Assembly (NCBI RefSeq): GCF_009834535.1
Contig: NC_045696.1
Coordinates: 40,240,001 to 40,304,000 of the forward strand
Direction of reading: 5' to 3'
Origin: Camelus ferus
Taxonomy: Eukaryota
Length of the DNA stretch: 64,000 bases
Shown piece after piece: positions 1 through 13,149 of this stretch. Made by a program: the position numbers and the translations under genes. Numbering within the stretch: position 1 is the stretch's first letter; the number at the start of each line of letters is the position of its first letter. Below the pieces are notes generated by a model. That model saw only the letters and a program-made list of their open reading frames with translations. It did no database searches and was not told where the DNA came from.

Positions 1-300
1 GCTTTGAGGTAGAATTCAGTTCACTGCTGTTGTAGGACTGAGATTCCCATTTGCTTGACATGTGGCCCCTTCATCTACAAGCCAAAAATAGCACCTCAAG
101 TCTCAGACTTTCCCTTCTGCTACCAGTCAGAGAAAGACCTCTGCTTTTCAGGGTTTATGTAATTAGAATAGGCCTGACCAGATAATCCAGGATAATCTCC
201 CTATTTTAAGGTCAGCTGATTAGTAACCTTAATCACATCTGCAAAATCCACTGTGCAATGTAACATAACATATTCCCAGGAGTAACATCAGGGGACCAAA
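1..300 (-). mobile_element. MaLR LTR (MLT1-like), partial
   Basis: Contains 'gataatccaggataatctccctattttaaggtcagctgattagtaaccttaatcacatctgcaaaatcc', typical of MLT1C/D/E LTRs in reverse orientation. Confidence 0.8.
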
Positions 301-779
301 ATTCTTTCACCAAAGCTCATTTGATTTCAAGTGATATATCTCTGCCCCAAGTTGTTTAAGTCAAAAGGAAATTTATTGGCTATCTGGGAAATTTATTGGC
401 TAACTGGAGATGCTGCCTTCATCAAAGATGGAACCATGCTTGAAGATATAAGACTTCAGACTCCATCTCTCAGCTCTGTACCCTCCTAGCTATGGCCTTA
501 TTCCCTCCTACTGCAGATTGATTTCCTTCGTTTTGTATGCCCCCAAAGTAGTGACTCACAGAAAAAGGGAACTTCTCTATTCCAATGTCTAATCAGAGCC
601 TTTCTTTTTGGACTTTGGATTTAAGCTGAGTGTTTCAAAAGTTGGGAAATGGTTGGTGCTCATTCATTCCAATACCATAATAATTAATTCTTGATACTGA
701 GATCCACTATGTCCTCCAGAGAACACTGGGTCCTGACCTCTTCTGAGTCTTAGCTTCTTGCCCTCTTCTAGTAGATACT

Positions 780-1170
780 GGGGCACCCCAACCATATTCC
801 TTTTACCAGCCAGTGTTCAATACCCAGCGGCTATGTCAGCTGCATCTAGCAGCTTATACCTACAACTTTCTCTAGAGCATTGCCCTTGGCTGACTGGGAC
901 ACCTGCTGGGGACCTTTCAATATCCCCTACCCCAACATAGCCAATAAATGACTGATAGGGAGGTGCAAAATTTCAGCCTCCTGCCTTAAAATACACACTT
1001 TCAAACTAAGAGTAGAGCTTACCTAAGATCACATCCTTGCTTAGCTCCTTGTCCTTACCTATACTGCTTTCCTCCTTCCTCACAAGTTTTCCTTTCCATT
1101 CAGCCTCAATGAATCATGGGCATCTTAATCTCTGTCTCAGGCTCTGCTTTTAGGGAACCTACCTAAGACT
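780..1170 (+). mobile_element. ERV-L solo LTR (LTR16-like)
   Basis: Ends with 'ctctgtctcaggctctgcttttagggaacctacctaagac', the characteristic 3' end of LTR16-class LTRs; internal 'ccaataaatgactgataggg'. Confidence 0.65.
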
Positions 1171-1427
1171 CTTTGTTTAACTCTGCTTGTTGCCTCCCAC
1201 CCAAAGTTCAATTTTTGCTCAACTCAGAGTTTTGTTGTTGTTGTTGTTGTTGCTTAAAATCAGGAACTCCAATATTCTGAGAACAAATAAAATAGAGAAA
1301 AAGGGAAGAGTACTCCATAATGACAGCCCCACTAGAGCCACATGGAGGAGAGAGAAAGGAGAGGAGTTATTTTCTAGTGTCTTAAACCCCTGACCAGTTT
1401 ATATGATCCAAGAAAGCAAGAACCATG

Positions 1428-1762
1428 CTCTCTTTTATATATATATATATTGAAGTAGAGTCAGTTTACAATGTTGTCTCAATTTCTGGTGTACAGCCTA
1501 ATAGTTCAGTCATACATATGCATATATTCGTTTTCATACTTTTTCACCATGAGTTACTATAAGACTGAATATAGTTCCCTGTGCTATACAGAAGAAACTT
1601 GTTGTTTATCTATTTTATATATATAGTATTTAGTATCTGCAAATCTCAAACTTCCACTTCATCCCTTCCCACCCTCTTCCCCCACTGGTAACCCTAAGTT
1701 TGTTTTCTATGTCTGTGAGTTTGTTTCTGTTTTGTTAATAAGTTCATTTGTCTCATTTTTTA
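1428..1762 (-). mobile_element. L1 3' end (camelid-type), 5' truncated, inserted into an L2 remnant
   Basis: 'ttgaagtagagtcagtttacaatgttgtctcaatttctggtgtacag...gttccctgtgctatacag' is an L1 3'UTR in reverse. It is flanked by the direct repeat caagaRagcaagaaccatg (1409-1427 and 1791-1809); the flanks join into an L2 3' end. Confidence 0.85.
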
Positions 1763-2059
1763 GATAAGCAAGAGAGCAAGAATGGATAAGCAAGAGAGCA
1801 AGAACCATGTTTTAGTCATCTTTGTATCCTCCAGAGCATGTAGCACAAGGCCATGCACAAAGCAGATGTTTAATAAATATGAATGGATTGATTGATTTCA
1901 CAAACATAAATTCCCCTAGTGATGACTATCCAAAAGACAAAGTAGAAACAGACAAATTGAAAATGAATGAAAGTGTTTTTTTTTCATGAATCACATTAAT
2001 TACAACTAATATTTACAGTAAATTATAGTTTTCAAAGCATGTCTACATGCACCATTTCA

Positions 2060-2200
2060 CTCACCCATTACAGCAATCATGCCAGGGGAGTTTCAACAAG
2101 AGTTTCATTTTACAGATGAACCTGAGAGGTAAAGACTTTCCCAAAATAGCATAGCCAGTAAAGCCTTGAACAAGAACATCTAATCTAAATTCTCTATTTC
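2060..2200 (-). mobile_element. MIR SINE fragment
   Basis: 'cattttacagatgaacctgagaggtaaagactttcccaaaatagcatagccagta' resembles the MIR core. Confidence 0.6.
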
Positions 2201-3664
2201 TTCTTCTACTAAACACAATCCACCTGGAAAAGGGGTTTCCCCTCTCCACCTGGTCTTATATTTATCTAGAAAGGACAGTGTACTTGGTGTTTTTGGAATC
2301 TGAAATTAAAAGAAATCAACTGGACTATGGTGATGAGGAAGTGTGCTGTGCTCTGAAGCCTGTCTTTTCTTTCCAAAAGGAGATTAATAGCAGCATAAAG
2401 TAAAGCCATAGAGGGCACCAAAGTGACATTTGAAAGACAGCGGGGGATGAAGCAGCCCTGGGCATATGAAGAAGGAAGACCTCACTCCATTCTGAGCTCT
2501 CAGGTTATATTGTTACGCCTCTCTAATTCCTGCCATCTATTGTTTCAGCTGCTGAGCACTTTCAGTTTCTTCCCTGAGAAAAAAGCAAAGCCAATCCAAT
2601 TTCTCTAAAATTATATAGTTTCACTCCCATCCTTCAAAGTATAATTAATCAGGGTGGTGTGTGGCCATTTCCAAACCAGGAGCCAAAACTTTTCCTTTAA
2701 CTATTAGGAAAACATCTGCCACCCAAGGAGAAAACTGTCCTTGCTTGTTTTCAATGCCAGAAAGCAGAGAGTGAGAACAGGTCATCTGTCTCGAATCCAT
2801 AGGTATCATATGGGCTCCATGTTTGCTCTTTGAGGTCCAAAGTAACATAGAATTTCATCTAAGTAACTGTTGAAAAACCTTCTGCAAATCTGTTTGAAAT
2901 TGTCTGCTGGCTGGAGCTTTCACATTTACACTGATGGGGTCTGATTTTCCATTTTCTTTAAAAACGTTTCTCTACCTGAGGCCATCCATTTCAAGCCATT
3001 TTATTCTAGGGCTGTCAGGCTTCATACCAGCTGGAAAAACAGGAAAACCCTCCTCCCTGAGCCCTAGGCTTCCCCTGCCCAGCCACCACCCCCTAAGGGC
3101 TCAACAGAAACCACTGTGATCTTGCCTGGCAATGTCCTCACCGTCGGCCAGATGTTTCTTCTGAGTGAAATCCATGAACACATCGAAGACAAAATTACCT
3201 GCCCTGATCCACCTGTCCTTTGACCAAGAATTTTAAAGCACTCTTCCAAGAATCAAAAGATTAAATCTCCTTCCATAGACAATATTTTGTTGGCCAGTAT
3301 TGTTACAGCCGAAATGGTCCCACATTTGCCCACACTCTGATTTAAGGGTCAGAGAGGTTAAAGGATACAACCTAAATCAAGGGTTTCTTGTCCATGCTTC
3401 TCTCCCTCAGGCTTAGCATGGTTGTTTACAATTATGGTTTTCTTTGAAAGAGCTTCTAAGTTTTTCTTAAACCAATTATCTTGGTGCCAGATTCCAAATA
3501 CAGGAGTACTTCACCTCATTTGTCTTTAACTTTCCCTATTTAAAAGGTTATTTTTAACTGAACTAATATCTAATGTTCATATTTCATGGAAAGAGGGTGT
3601 TGAGTTAAAGAGAGAAGAACTAAAATCCACTGGCAGTCCCCACAAGAAAGTGTAGACATACTCA

Positions 3665-4050
3665 CAATAGGATAATTCAGAGAGAGGGTGTATTTCAGGC
3701 CCCTGATTCACAAATGTGTGGGTACAAGGAGCTACAAAGGCAACTTCAATAACCTGGAGGCTGTGACAGCTGAGGTTTTACCACCAGTGGGCCTGATGAC
3801 AAAGAGGGGAAGCATTATCTCTCCAGAAGGCAAGAAAGTTGGGTGGAATCTATCTGGTGAAGAATAGTAACTTTCAGTAGGAAGACGGTTAGGTGTTACA
3901 GGGAAGGGGCCAAGGGAATAGATCCCTTAGCTCGCTGTCATCCCCTCACAGCTTCCTGCAAGGGCTTTCCTTTGGCCAAACCCAAAAGAAAGCCTGAAGG
4001 GTTCAAGAACCCTGTTGATACAAGTCCATATGGTCAGCCTTTCAGAATCA
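3665..4050 (-). mobile_element. ERV-L LTR (LTR33-like)
   Basis: 'ttggccaaacccaaaagaaagcctgaagggttcaagaaccctgttgatacaagtccatatggtcagcct' matches the LTR33-type terminus as recalled. Confidence 0.6.
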
Positions 4051-4149
4051 GTCATTTTGCTGGGTTCTTGTGATGCTTACAAATTATAACAAGAACTATA
4101 TGTAGCATTCCTGGTATAGACCAGACACTAGTACTTGATTTCTTCTAGG

Positions 4150-4470
4150 CCCTTTACCATCCTCTATTGTGGGTGTTTTATCTCTGTCTCACATATATGA
4201 AAATTGAGGCTCAGAGACTTTCAATAACTTGTCCAACATGGTCACACAGCTGGTAAGTGTCCCATCCCACTTTTAAACTGCATTCTGTTCTCTCTAGGAT
4301 GTCCAGTTGCATAAAGTGCCCATCATTGTGCTTAGTACATAATGAGGTTCAGATAGGTAATACCATTCATGATGCCAAGAAACGAGCTGCTCTTACTATG
4401 CAATCACTATGTGCTGTGCTAAGCCCCTTATATACATTATCTCAATTCATCTTCACAGCCACCAACAGAT
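4150..4470 (-). mobile_element. MIR fragments
   Basis: 'gaaaattgaggctcagagactttcaataacttgtccaacatggtcacacagctggtaagtg' and 'gtgctaagccccttatatacattatctcaattcatcttcacagc'. Confidence 0.7.
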
Positions 4471-4532
4471 CTTAACCAAAAAGAAAAGCTGCCCTTGTCA
4501 CTGGAAAGAAACACAAATTTTGATGAAGAACT

Positions 4533-5008
4533 ATGTGGTGACCCTGAGAACATGCCTCTCGGATTTCTCTCAGTAGAGAGCGTAGCTGACTTAGTGGCCC
4601 AGGGGCTGCACTCTGAAATGTCAACCCTGCCCTTGCTTTGAGATACACTTTCCACCGGCTACTCTCAACGACTGAGTACAATAAAGACACCAAGTCATAG
4701 CTTTCCCTGGAAGATGTGCGATTCCTTTGATAAACAACTTTGGCTTGAGGACTCCCCAGTGGCCTTACCCAGCTTTTCTTAGAACTGCACTTCAGACTAA
4801 GATGTTCCCACCCAAACTTTCTTTCTTCCTTTCTCTTTTTCTTGCTCTTATTTGGGGTCCAACCTGCATTCTACTCTAACATCTTTCAGACTTTCCCAGC
4901 TTCCTCCCCATTTTTGCTCATAGGCATTTCCCCTAAATTTTTCTTGTACGTTTAATGCTGTCTTGGTGTCCACTTTTGGCAGATCTGCTTCTTGGCAAAC
5001 ACTAACAC
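4533..5008 (+). mobile_element. ERV-L solo LTR (LTR16/LTR41 class)
   Basis: Begins 'tgtggtgaccctgagaacatgcctctcgga' and ends 'ctgcttcttggcaaacactaacaca' (TG...CA termini). Confidence 0.7.
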
Positions 5009-7874
5009 AGACCATGGCAGTCTCACTGAAATCGTCCTCTTAAATACAATATTTTACAGGTGATTACTGAATATTTGTTGAGTATCTTATTTACTGAGTT
5101 GCTAGAAAAGACAAGATAAATCAATCAACATCTATCCACAAGAAGCTTACAACCTATCAACACCTTTGTGTGTCCAAAGATAGCTGTTAGCTGGTTAACC
5201 AATATGCCAGAACAAGAGACCACACTGGATGATCAGATTCCATCCTTTTGTGTTTTATGCTATTATCAGTGGGAATTCCATGCATGTTCCCTGGCAATAT
5301 ATTCCTTTGAAAATTTGGTCCTAAATCCAATATCAAACTGTGGTTTTTTCAATCCTAAATGGAAATGGCTTGGCAGGAATAAAAAAAAATGAACCGTCTG
5401 TCTTTGTCCAACTGTTTAAAATATGTATTTTCCAAGCATCCTATTCTTTCCACTGTTTTTTTTTTCAACAAAGACCCCACAAAATATATTTGCACTCAGA
5501 AAGTCATCTCCTCTGAAGCAGATGAAGATAGCAAAAAAGTCATTGGTCTAAGCATTCTTTATATGACAGGCTACTCAGTGTATCCCCTCATCCAAAGGAA
5601 ACAGTATGAAAACTTTCCCTGTAATTTTCTTGTATACATATTTCATCAGTATCCTTTTCTTTCCTCATAATGAATTTTGGGGGTATACGTGATATACACA
5701 AAGAGACGGACACACACACACAGAGAAAGAGAATTCTGACTGTCTTTCTTGTTGAGTGTAAAACATATCTTGTATGAGACAAAGAATTGAGAAATGAAAG
5801 ACAATTGCAATTTTCTATTATTTTCTGGCTTGAGGGTAGTCATGGGCTTTTTGTTTAAAAAAAAAAAAAATCCTAAAGTCCTAAAAATAACGACCACATT
5901 TTTAACATGCGTGGAGTCTATAACAACTAATTAATCACTCTGGAGACAGGATGAAGTGTCTAGAAATGAATCATTTTAGTAACTTCCAGTTGTGTTAAGT
6001 TAATTTACTTAGTGATTCAAGTGATTTCTCACCTTTGTTTTTTTTCTTTCAAAAACATATCAAACAAACTTTGTCAAACCATTGAATGAAGTGAAAAGGG
6101 AACCTCCAAAGCTTGAGGAGGTCTTCCCAACTGCCAGGATATCCTTGCTTGTACTGAAAACAGCCTATAAAATATAAGCAAGAAGTTAATGGAAAAAGTC
6201 TCTGCTTTTCGGGGGGGGGGGCACTAAATTATGTGACCAGGTGTCTTCAGTTAGTATACTTGAGGCATCTGATTCTTAGAATCTCAGCACGATTGTTGAC
6301 AGTAACTTAATTAAATACGGGTTCCAAGGTGTTATCTCCTCAACCGTGATCACAAGGGATACTTCACCCAGCTTGACCTAGCAGAGACCTCCCTCAGCTG
6401 CCTGGTACTCAGGACACCTATTCAGCTAAAGGGGCAGAATTTTCTCTACTTCACATTTCAGACACCCCAGATAATTACCCTTGTTTGAAAATAGTTCTTG
6501 ACAAAAGCAGAAGAAAAATAAGGGAGGGTTCAAGACTCAACAAAATGAGTAAAATGGTCATCTCTAGTCAATTTCATGAACTTCATTAGGGTTCAAGAAA
6601 AGCCTACTCCTTTTACACAATCTTGTCTCCCTTCCCTGTGGTCTGAAAATTTCACAGCCTTAAAGTATAATTTAGTTTCAATTTGTTCTAAATGTGCTAT
6701 TATCCTTCTTTAATGTATCCCCTTGTGGGTTAGAACCACCCTGCCCCGGCCCCACTAAACCACCACATCCAGCAGAGTACACAGTGTTTTGCACTTAGTA
6801 GATTCATAACTAGGTAATAAAAATGGATGCCCAAGAAAAATAAATGTTACTTATGCCTTCATGTGTATTTTAGCTTTCTGCACCATTGACTGATGAACAA
6901 ATTATTAAAAGGGAAGGATTTCAAAAATTCATAATCTTTTAATACACCATTTGTAAACTTGAACAATCTCTGTCTTCAAATTTCTGTAACCAAAACTACC
7001 TGTGGGACCATAGAATTGTTAAGTGGTTATTTTTGTCATTTAGATTTTTTTTTTTTTAATTTCTCCTTCCTGGCTCACTTTCCTTGATTAAATCTTCTTG
7101 GGAAATTTCCCTTTCAGATAGGGTCAAAAAGTGGCTTTTCCTACTTTAACCAGAGAAAAACGCTAAAACTGACCAGGAAAGGTAGAGATAAGATTCCTCT
7201 GAGGATCAGCTGAGCTATAAGAGTTACTCTCCAAGGTTATATGGAATGGCATTTCAAGGTGCTTAAGTCAGAACTGTGGTCATTGAAGGGAATCAAGAAT
7301 ACAGTAGGAAGACAAAAGCACTCTAACGCTAAGGCAATAATGATCAAGATTTAAAGAGCCCTCTGGGAAGTAATTCTGACTCCACAAGCAGCATTTGCCA
7401 CTCTATCCATTTTGTTTCATGTCCAGAATTTTTGGAAAGGAGATGGTGAGAGGAGATGCAGGGCAGGAAGAGGTGAAGTACTTAAAGAAAGCTTGCTGTT
7501 CCCATGGCTTTTGCTTCCTTATATGTTCCCTTCATTAAGCAACAACCCTAATTCTTATTAAAAATAAACACAACAGGGGCCATTTTCACCTGAGAAGAGT
7601 TGCACTCTGTAACTGAAAGTTACCATATGCTTTTCCTAGTACATCTGGGGTTACCAATGATCTGGAATAGTGAAAGCTTTTTCCAATCCCTCCAGCAAAA
7701 GTAGAAGTGGCGGTATCAGTGGGCAGCACTAAAGAGAATTTTGAGCATCTGGACATTTCAGTAATTAAGACAGCCCAGAGTATGCCAGTCTGTTAACAAG
7801 CACACCCCAAAATGAAGTGGTTTCCACAATTTGAAGATACAGTTGTTTTTATCTTACTTGTATCCTCTAGCCGT

Positions 7875-8095
7875 CTAGCACTGGACTTAAGAGTTCCAAG
7901 AACTGTAACTGAGCTCCAATACCACTTACTTGTAGCTTTGGGCAAGTGACTCAGTCTCTCCAAGCCTGAATTCCCTCGCCTACAAAACTGGAATATGCTT
8001 ACCTACTCAAATTAAACAAAAGGAGTTTTGTGAGGTTCAAAAGGAAAAATGAATGTGAAAGTGTTTTGTCAACTATAAAGCACTTAGAAAGACAT
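7875..8095 (+). mobile_element. MIR (MIRb/c-like)
   Basis: 'accacttacttgtagctttgggcaagtgactcagtctctccaagcctgaattccctcgcctacaaaactgg...tgtgaaagtgttttgtcaactataaagcac'. Confidence 0.75.
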
Positions 8096-9385
8096 TATAT
8101 TAAATGGATTAGCTATTGGTGGGGGTCCTTTTATGATCTTTGCTTGAGTTCCACCAACCATATAGCAGTTGGGTGGTCCTAACATGACTACCATCCAGGC
8201 CTCAGGTAGACCTTCCATTGCCTGAATCCATCGTTCATGGAAAAGGAATGAACTGAAACCAAATCAAATGTGTTCTTCTTGTTCCTCACAAATCTCCAGG
8301 TAATTAGAATTCTAGAGTGGTTTTCAAAGATAAGAATTAGGCTAGAAATCATAATTGCATTGGTTTAGGGATACACTATATAATATATATAATAAACTAT
8401 AGGAAATTATGTTTCATGTATTCTATTAAGTTATTTTGGGGAAGCCCAAATTAAATGATATAAACTTGTATTTCATAAGAATGTACATCAATATTCATGT
8501 TCTTTGCTCAAGTCCTAGAAAATTCTTGTGAAAGGTATCCCTTTGCCCTTTGGATTTTAGTAAAGATGTTTTATTCTTCCTACTAAATCATTTCAAATTA
8601 CATTCCATGCCAGTAGTATACGTTGTATATCCCGCCAGTCAATAGCTAGACTGCAGTGGCATTCATCCAGATTCCCATTTTTACATAAATGGTTTTAAAA
8701 CACGTTCTCTATATTACATCCTAATCTCATGCTGGGCCAGCAAAATATACATGATTCAATATAATGCAAATAATATGATGATGAGAAAAAGTTACCAAGG
8801 AGTCAAAATGGTGTTATAAAGACTTACTATAAAATCCATATGCTCACTCTGAAAATATTCCAAATAAGCACTAGAAACTGACAGTTTAATGTGGTACTGA
8901 AAAGGTCAGATCAAGAAGCAGGAAGGCTCATGAAATCGAAGCACATGCAGAAGAAACAGCCAGAAGAGTATCACAACTCCTATAAAGAATTCCATATAAC
9001 ACGAGGCTCAAATTTCTAGCCCCAAACTTAATATACTTCTGTTCATATCAGAGACAAAATATCCTATCCATATTAGAAACATTGGAAAAGCAGAGTAAAA
9101 TAGGTATTGTGTGTTCATACTAATCCCAATCAGTGAAAAGTTTAGCCACAAAATCCCTTCCTTAGAATTAATACATGTGAAATCTCCCCACATACCAAGA
9201 TTTTACACATTCATCTGCCATTTAATTCAGTTGTCTGATGAGAATTCTTCATGTGCGTGGTACTTGACTATACTTTCTATACAGTTTGCTGCTAGCTGCT
9301 TTAGAATAATGTTCCAGGCACGGTCACTGGCTTACATATTCCCATGGTGCTTTTTCAAGATGAACCTCTTAAGTAATTTCTTCTT

Positions 9386-10080
9386 CCTAGTCTTTTGAGG
9401 AATCTCCACACTGTTTTCCATATGACCCAGGAATCCCACTCCTGGGCTTGTATCCAGAAGGAAATCTACTTCAGGATGACACCTGCACCCCAATGTTCAT
9501 AGCAGCACTATTTACAATAGCCAAAACATGGAAACAGCCTAAATGTCCATCAACAGGTGACTAGATAAAGAAGATGTGGTATATTTATACAATGGAATAC
9601 TACTCAGCCATAAAAACCGACAACATAATGCCATTTGCAGCAACATGGATGCTCCTGGAGAATGTCATTCTAAGTGAAGTAAGCCAGAAAGAGAAAGAAA
9701 AATACCATATGAGATCGCTCATATGTGGAATCTAAAAAACAAAAACAAAAACAAACAAACAAAAACAAAGCGTAAATACAGGACAGAAATAGACTCACAG
9801 ACAGAGAATACAGACTTGTGGTTACCAGGGGGTGGAGGGTGGGAAGGGATAGCCTGGGATTTCAAAATTGTAGAATAGATAAACAAGATTACACTGTATA
9901 GCACAGGGAAATATACACAAAATGTTATGATAACTCACAGAGAAAAAAATGTGACGAGTGTGTATATGTCCATGAATGACTAAAAAATTGTGCTGAACAC
10001 TGGAATTTGACACATTGTAAAATGATTATAAATCAATAAAAAAATGTTAAATAAATAAATAAATAAACTACAATAAAAAA
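9386..10080 (+). mobile_element. Young camelid-type L1 3' fragment with 5' inversion
   Basis: ORF2 C-terminus plus 3'UTR and A-rich tail; perfect 15-bp TSD aagtaatttcttctt (9371-9385, 10081-10095); 9386-9420 is inverted L1 sequence. Confidence 0.93.
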
Positions 10081-13000
10081 AAGTAATTTCTTCTTACTCA
10101 AGTGTAGCTTCAAGTATACATCTTATTAAGAGGATTGTGAAGGATTTGCCATGACCCTAACATTATTTTAAATGTATGGTCTATTACAACACGATCCCTA
10201 TATTGTACCACATTCCCATATTCCAGACAGAGAAACTGGGGCAGAAAGGGGAAACTTTAATTCAGAACATTCAGTGATTGCAGTGATTGAGTCCAGTGAC
10301 AGAATATGTTTCCAAATTCCACCCCTCCCCGCCCTTTTTTTTTTAATATAAGAGTTTTCCAGAGCTGCCTTAGAAGACCTTCTTCCAGGCTTGACCAGAA
10401 CTCTGACAAACAACTAACTGCTTTTTAAAAAGAAGACCATGACTGCTGGAACTCCCTCTAAGTGGCATAAGTGAAATCAAAAGCCAATAGAATTAAATAA
10501 CCTTGGCTCAGGCTACATGACAATTCTGACAGTAAAACTGTGAAATGCAAACATGCAACCATTTAGCAGAAAAAAATAAAAAGCTTCAGCATGTCTCTCA
10601 ATCCAACATTAAGTCAAAACAAACAATAATGGAGTCATGAGATGCTTCCAAACTGGACTGGACAAGGCAAATCACTAGGCTGTAATATCAAATAATTGAG
10701 AAGCCCTCTTCCTTGAATGAGGCAGCAGACCCCAGGGTAATGTGTCCTTCCGTCTTCCAGTTTTCCCACCAGTGTAGTCACCTGACTCCATCCGAAATGG
10801 AGCTACTGCCTCGTGAACTGGGTCCCATGGGAAGTAGCAGCTCACCCTCAACCTCCATTTAAATGAAACCAAGAGTCAATGTATTCAATCAGCTATTTTC
10901 TGTATTGAGGGAAAGCTCAAGGAAAACAAAAAGAGCCAGAGAAATCATAGGTGGAAAGTAGGCTGTCCCAGTATTCTCCTACCTTAGCATTAAGAAGTTG
11001 GAACAATTACAAGAAGAGATTGAATTTTGAGGATTCTTTGATTTGTGGCTACTGCTATGTACTCCTTTACTTTGATTCAAAAGTTATTAATTCTTACAGC
11101 AACATTGCATAAACAGAAATTGCCTTTAATTCCAAAACTGAGAGACTTCTGCCTCAAAAAGTATCTTAATAAACTAAGAACTAGCAAAAGCATAAATAAC
11201 AATGTCACAATGATCGATTTTAACTCTATAAAAATAATTGGAATAGAAATAAAAGTCCCAACTTGCTAGCTCAGAGACACCACTCCCTTCTTTCCTTTCA
11301 GCAACGTTTGTCACATAATAGTTATAATTTTATGTTTACTTTGTAATGTATTTCACAATAAATTCTTCCTCAGTTGAGGAATCATTTCAAAAATATTTTG
11401 AATGGCAAAGTGTATTTTGAATAATTCAAGAATTCATAGCAAGCTAAAGTATGCAAAACCAAATTTTACACAGCTCTTAGATCTATTTCTAAATTGAAAG
11501 CTGTTCAAAGAAATTATCTGTTCACATGTATACTAGTATTCCATCTGTTACATATTCATGACTTATTGAAAGGAAATTGTCCATAAAGATCACAGAATCA
11601 TAAACTTGATAAGCAAAAAGGTTTGGAGACCACCTATGATTCCCTCAATAGAAAAGGAGACTGAGTTAATAAGCCAAATCCTAACCTTCGACATGACAGA
11701 CTCAAATAAAAAATAAATCTATAAGCAAGTTGCTAATGACCTTTTAAAACACATTACAGGATCTTGCTCTTCCATAAAAGGCTTGTTCCAATCCTTTCCC
11801 ATTAACTTCAAAAGAGAAAAGAAATCAGATTTGACATCTTGCAACTTGCTCCCTAAATGTAAGTCATGTGTACACATAGCAAGTTCTTTCTGATTCTGAT
11901 TCTCATACATTTTTATTTCTATTTTTTCCATCCTTTAAGAAATCTTTTTCAAAGTTTTGTGTGGGAAATGTGTGTTTGTGTATGTGGTTTTAAGAAAGAT
12001 CCTGAGCACAAAAGAAACCTCAGTAGATGCCTCTCTCTGGCCAGTGGAAGAAAGCAAGGATTAGTTCTGTGGCTGCATGTAATGAATTTTTACTGTGGAA
12101 ATCATTGTGACATTTCAAGGGGAAAAAGTCCCCAAATATCTGAATAGTTATAGTGTATGTATCATAAATTACACCAACTGGTTAGGCTTTCTTCCTGCAA
12201 AGAGAATGTACTGAATTCATAAACATGAGCCAATACACTAGAATGTGACAGCTCATGGATCTCCTCCCACCCAAAGAAGAGTCTCCACTTGATACCTATT
12301 ATTTTATGCCAAATAAATCCAGATCTGAAAAGCTCCTAATTCAATAATGTTAAAGGGCAAATACAAAACAGTATGCTTCCTGCTAATTCTTGGAAACAAG
12401 ATGGAAGCTTATTTGTCAACAAACTGCAGAATCCTAAAGCTCAAGACCATCTTTTTCAAAATCTTCACTTCAAAGATGAGAAACCCCAAGCCTAAAGAGG
12501 TGGCATTGTTGATACTCACAAGTTTATAAAATAAACCTGAACTCCAACACCTCTAAACGATTATTATTTGAAATATTTATTTTGTTCCCTCAAACTCTGT
12601 AATCCTGTTCTTAAAACTTTGACATAAAAGTCCCACCTATAATTTAAAGAATATCTTACATCTATCTCCTCCATGATGATTTCCTGCACTCTTCAGCCAG
12701 AAAGGGAACCTTCTAAGCCCTAGGATATCTAATTTACAGCTCTTATTTAGCATCCATAGCATACTTCCCCGCGTTGCTCTTATTCACTTGTGCGTTTCAC
12801 TTGCCTCACCACATCTAAGTTTAAGTCTAGACAGTGTCTATCCCTCAGTTATACTCCTAAAGCACATTTGTCTTTTGGGGAAACCCATGGGCCCCTTTGA
12901 AGTCACTGTCTAAATTTGTATTATAGTGAATTACTTAAAAATCTGGATCCTGCAACATATTAGGAAGCCCTGATTGTCCATGATTTTGTCTGGGTTTTTT

Positions 13001-13149
13001 GTTTGTTTTTGTGTTTAAAAGCTCCCACTGCACCTATTTTTGTACCTTACAATTAGGGAAATTAAGTACTAAAATAATATTGTGCCTGGCACACAGTAGG
13101 TGCTCAAAAATATAGCTCCACAAAACCATGGAAATCTTTCTAAGGTACT

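Noticed and set aside
367..406. 20-bp tandem duplication ggaaatttattggctaWctg
   Set aside because: Ordinary two-copy slippage within an old LTR-like fragment.
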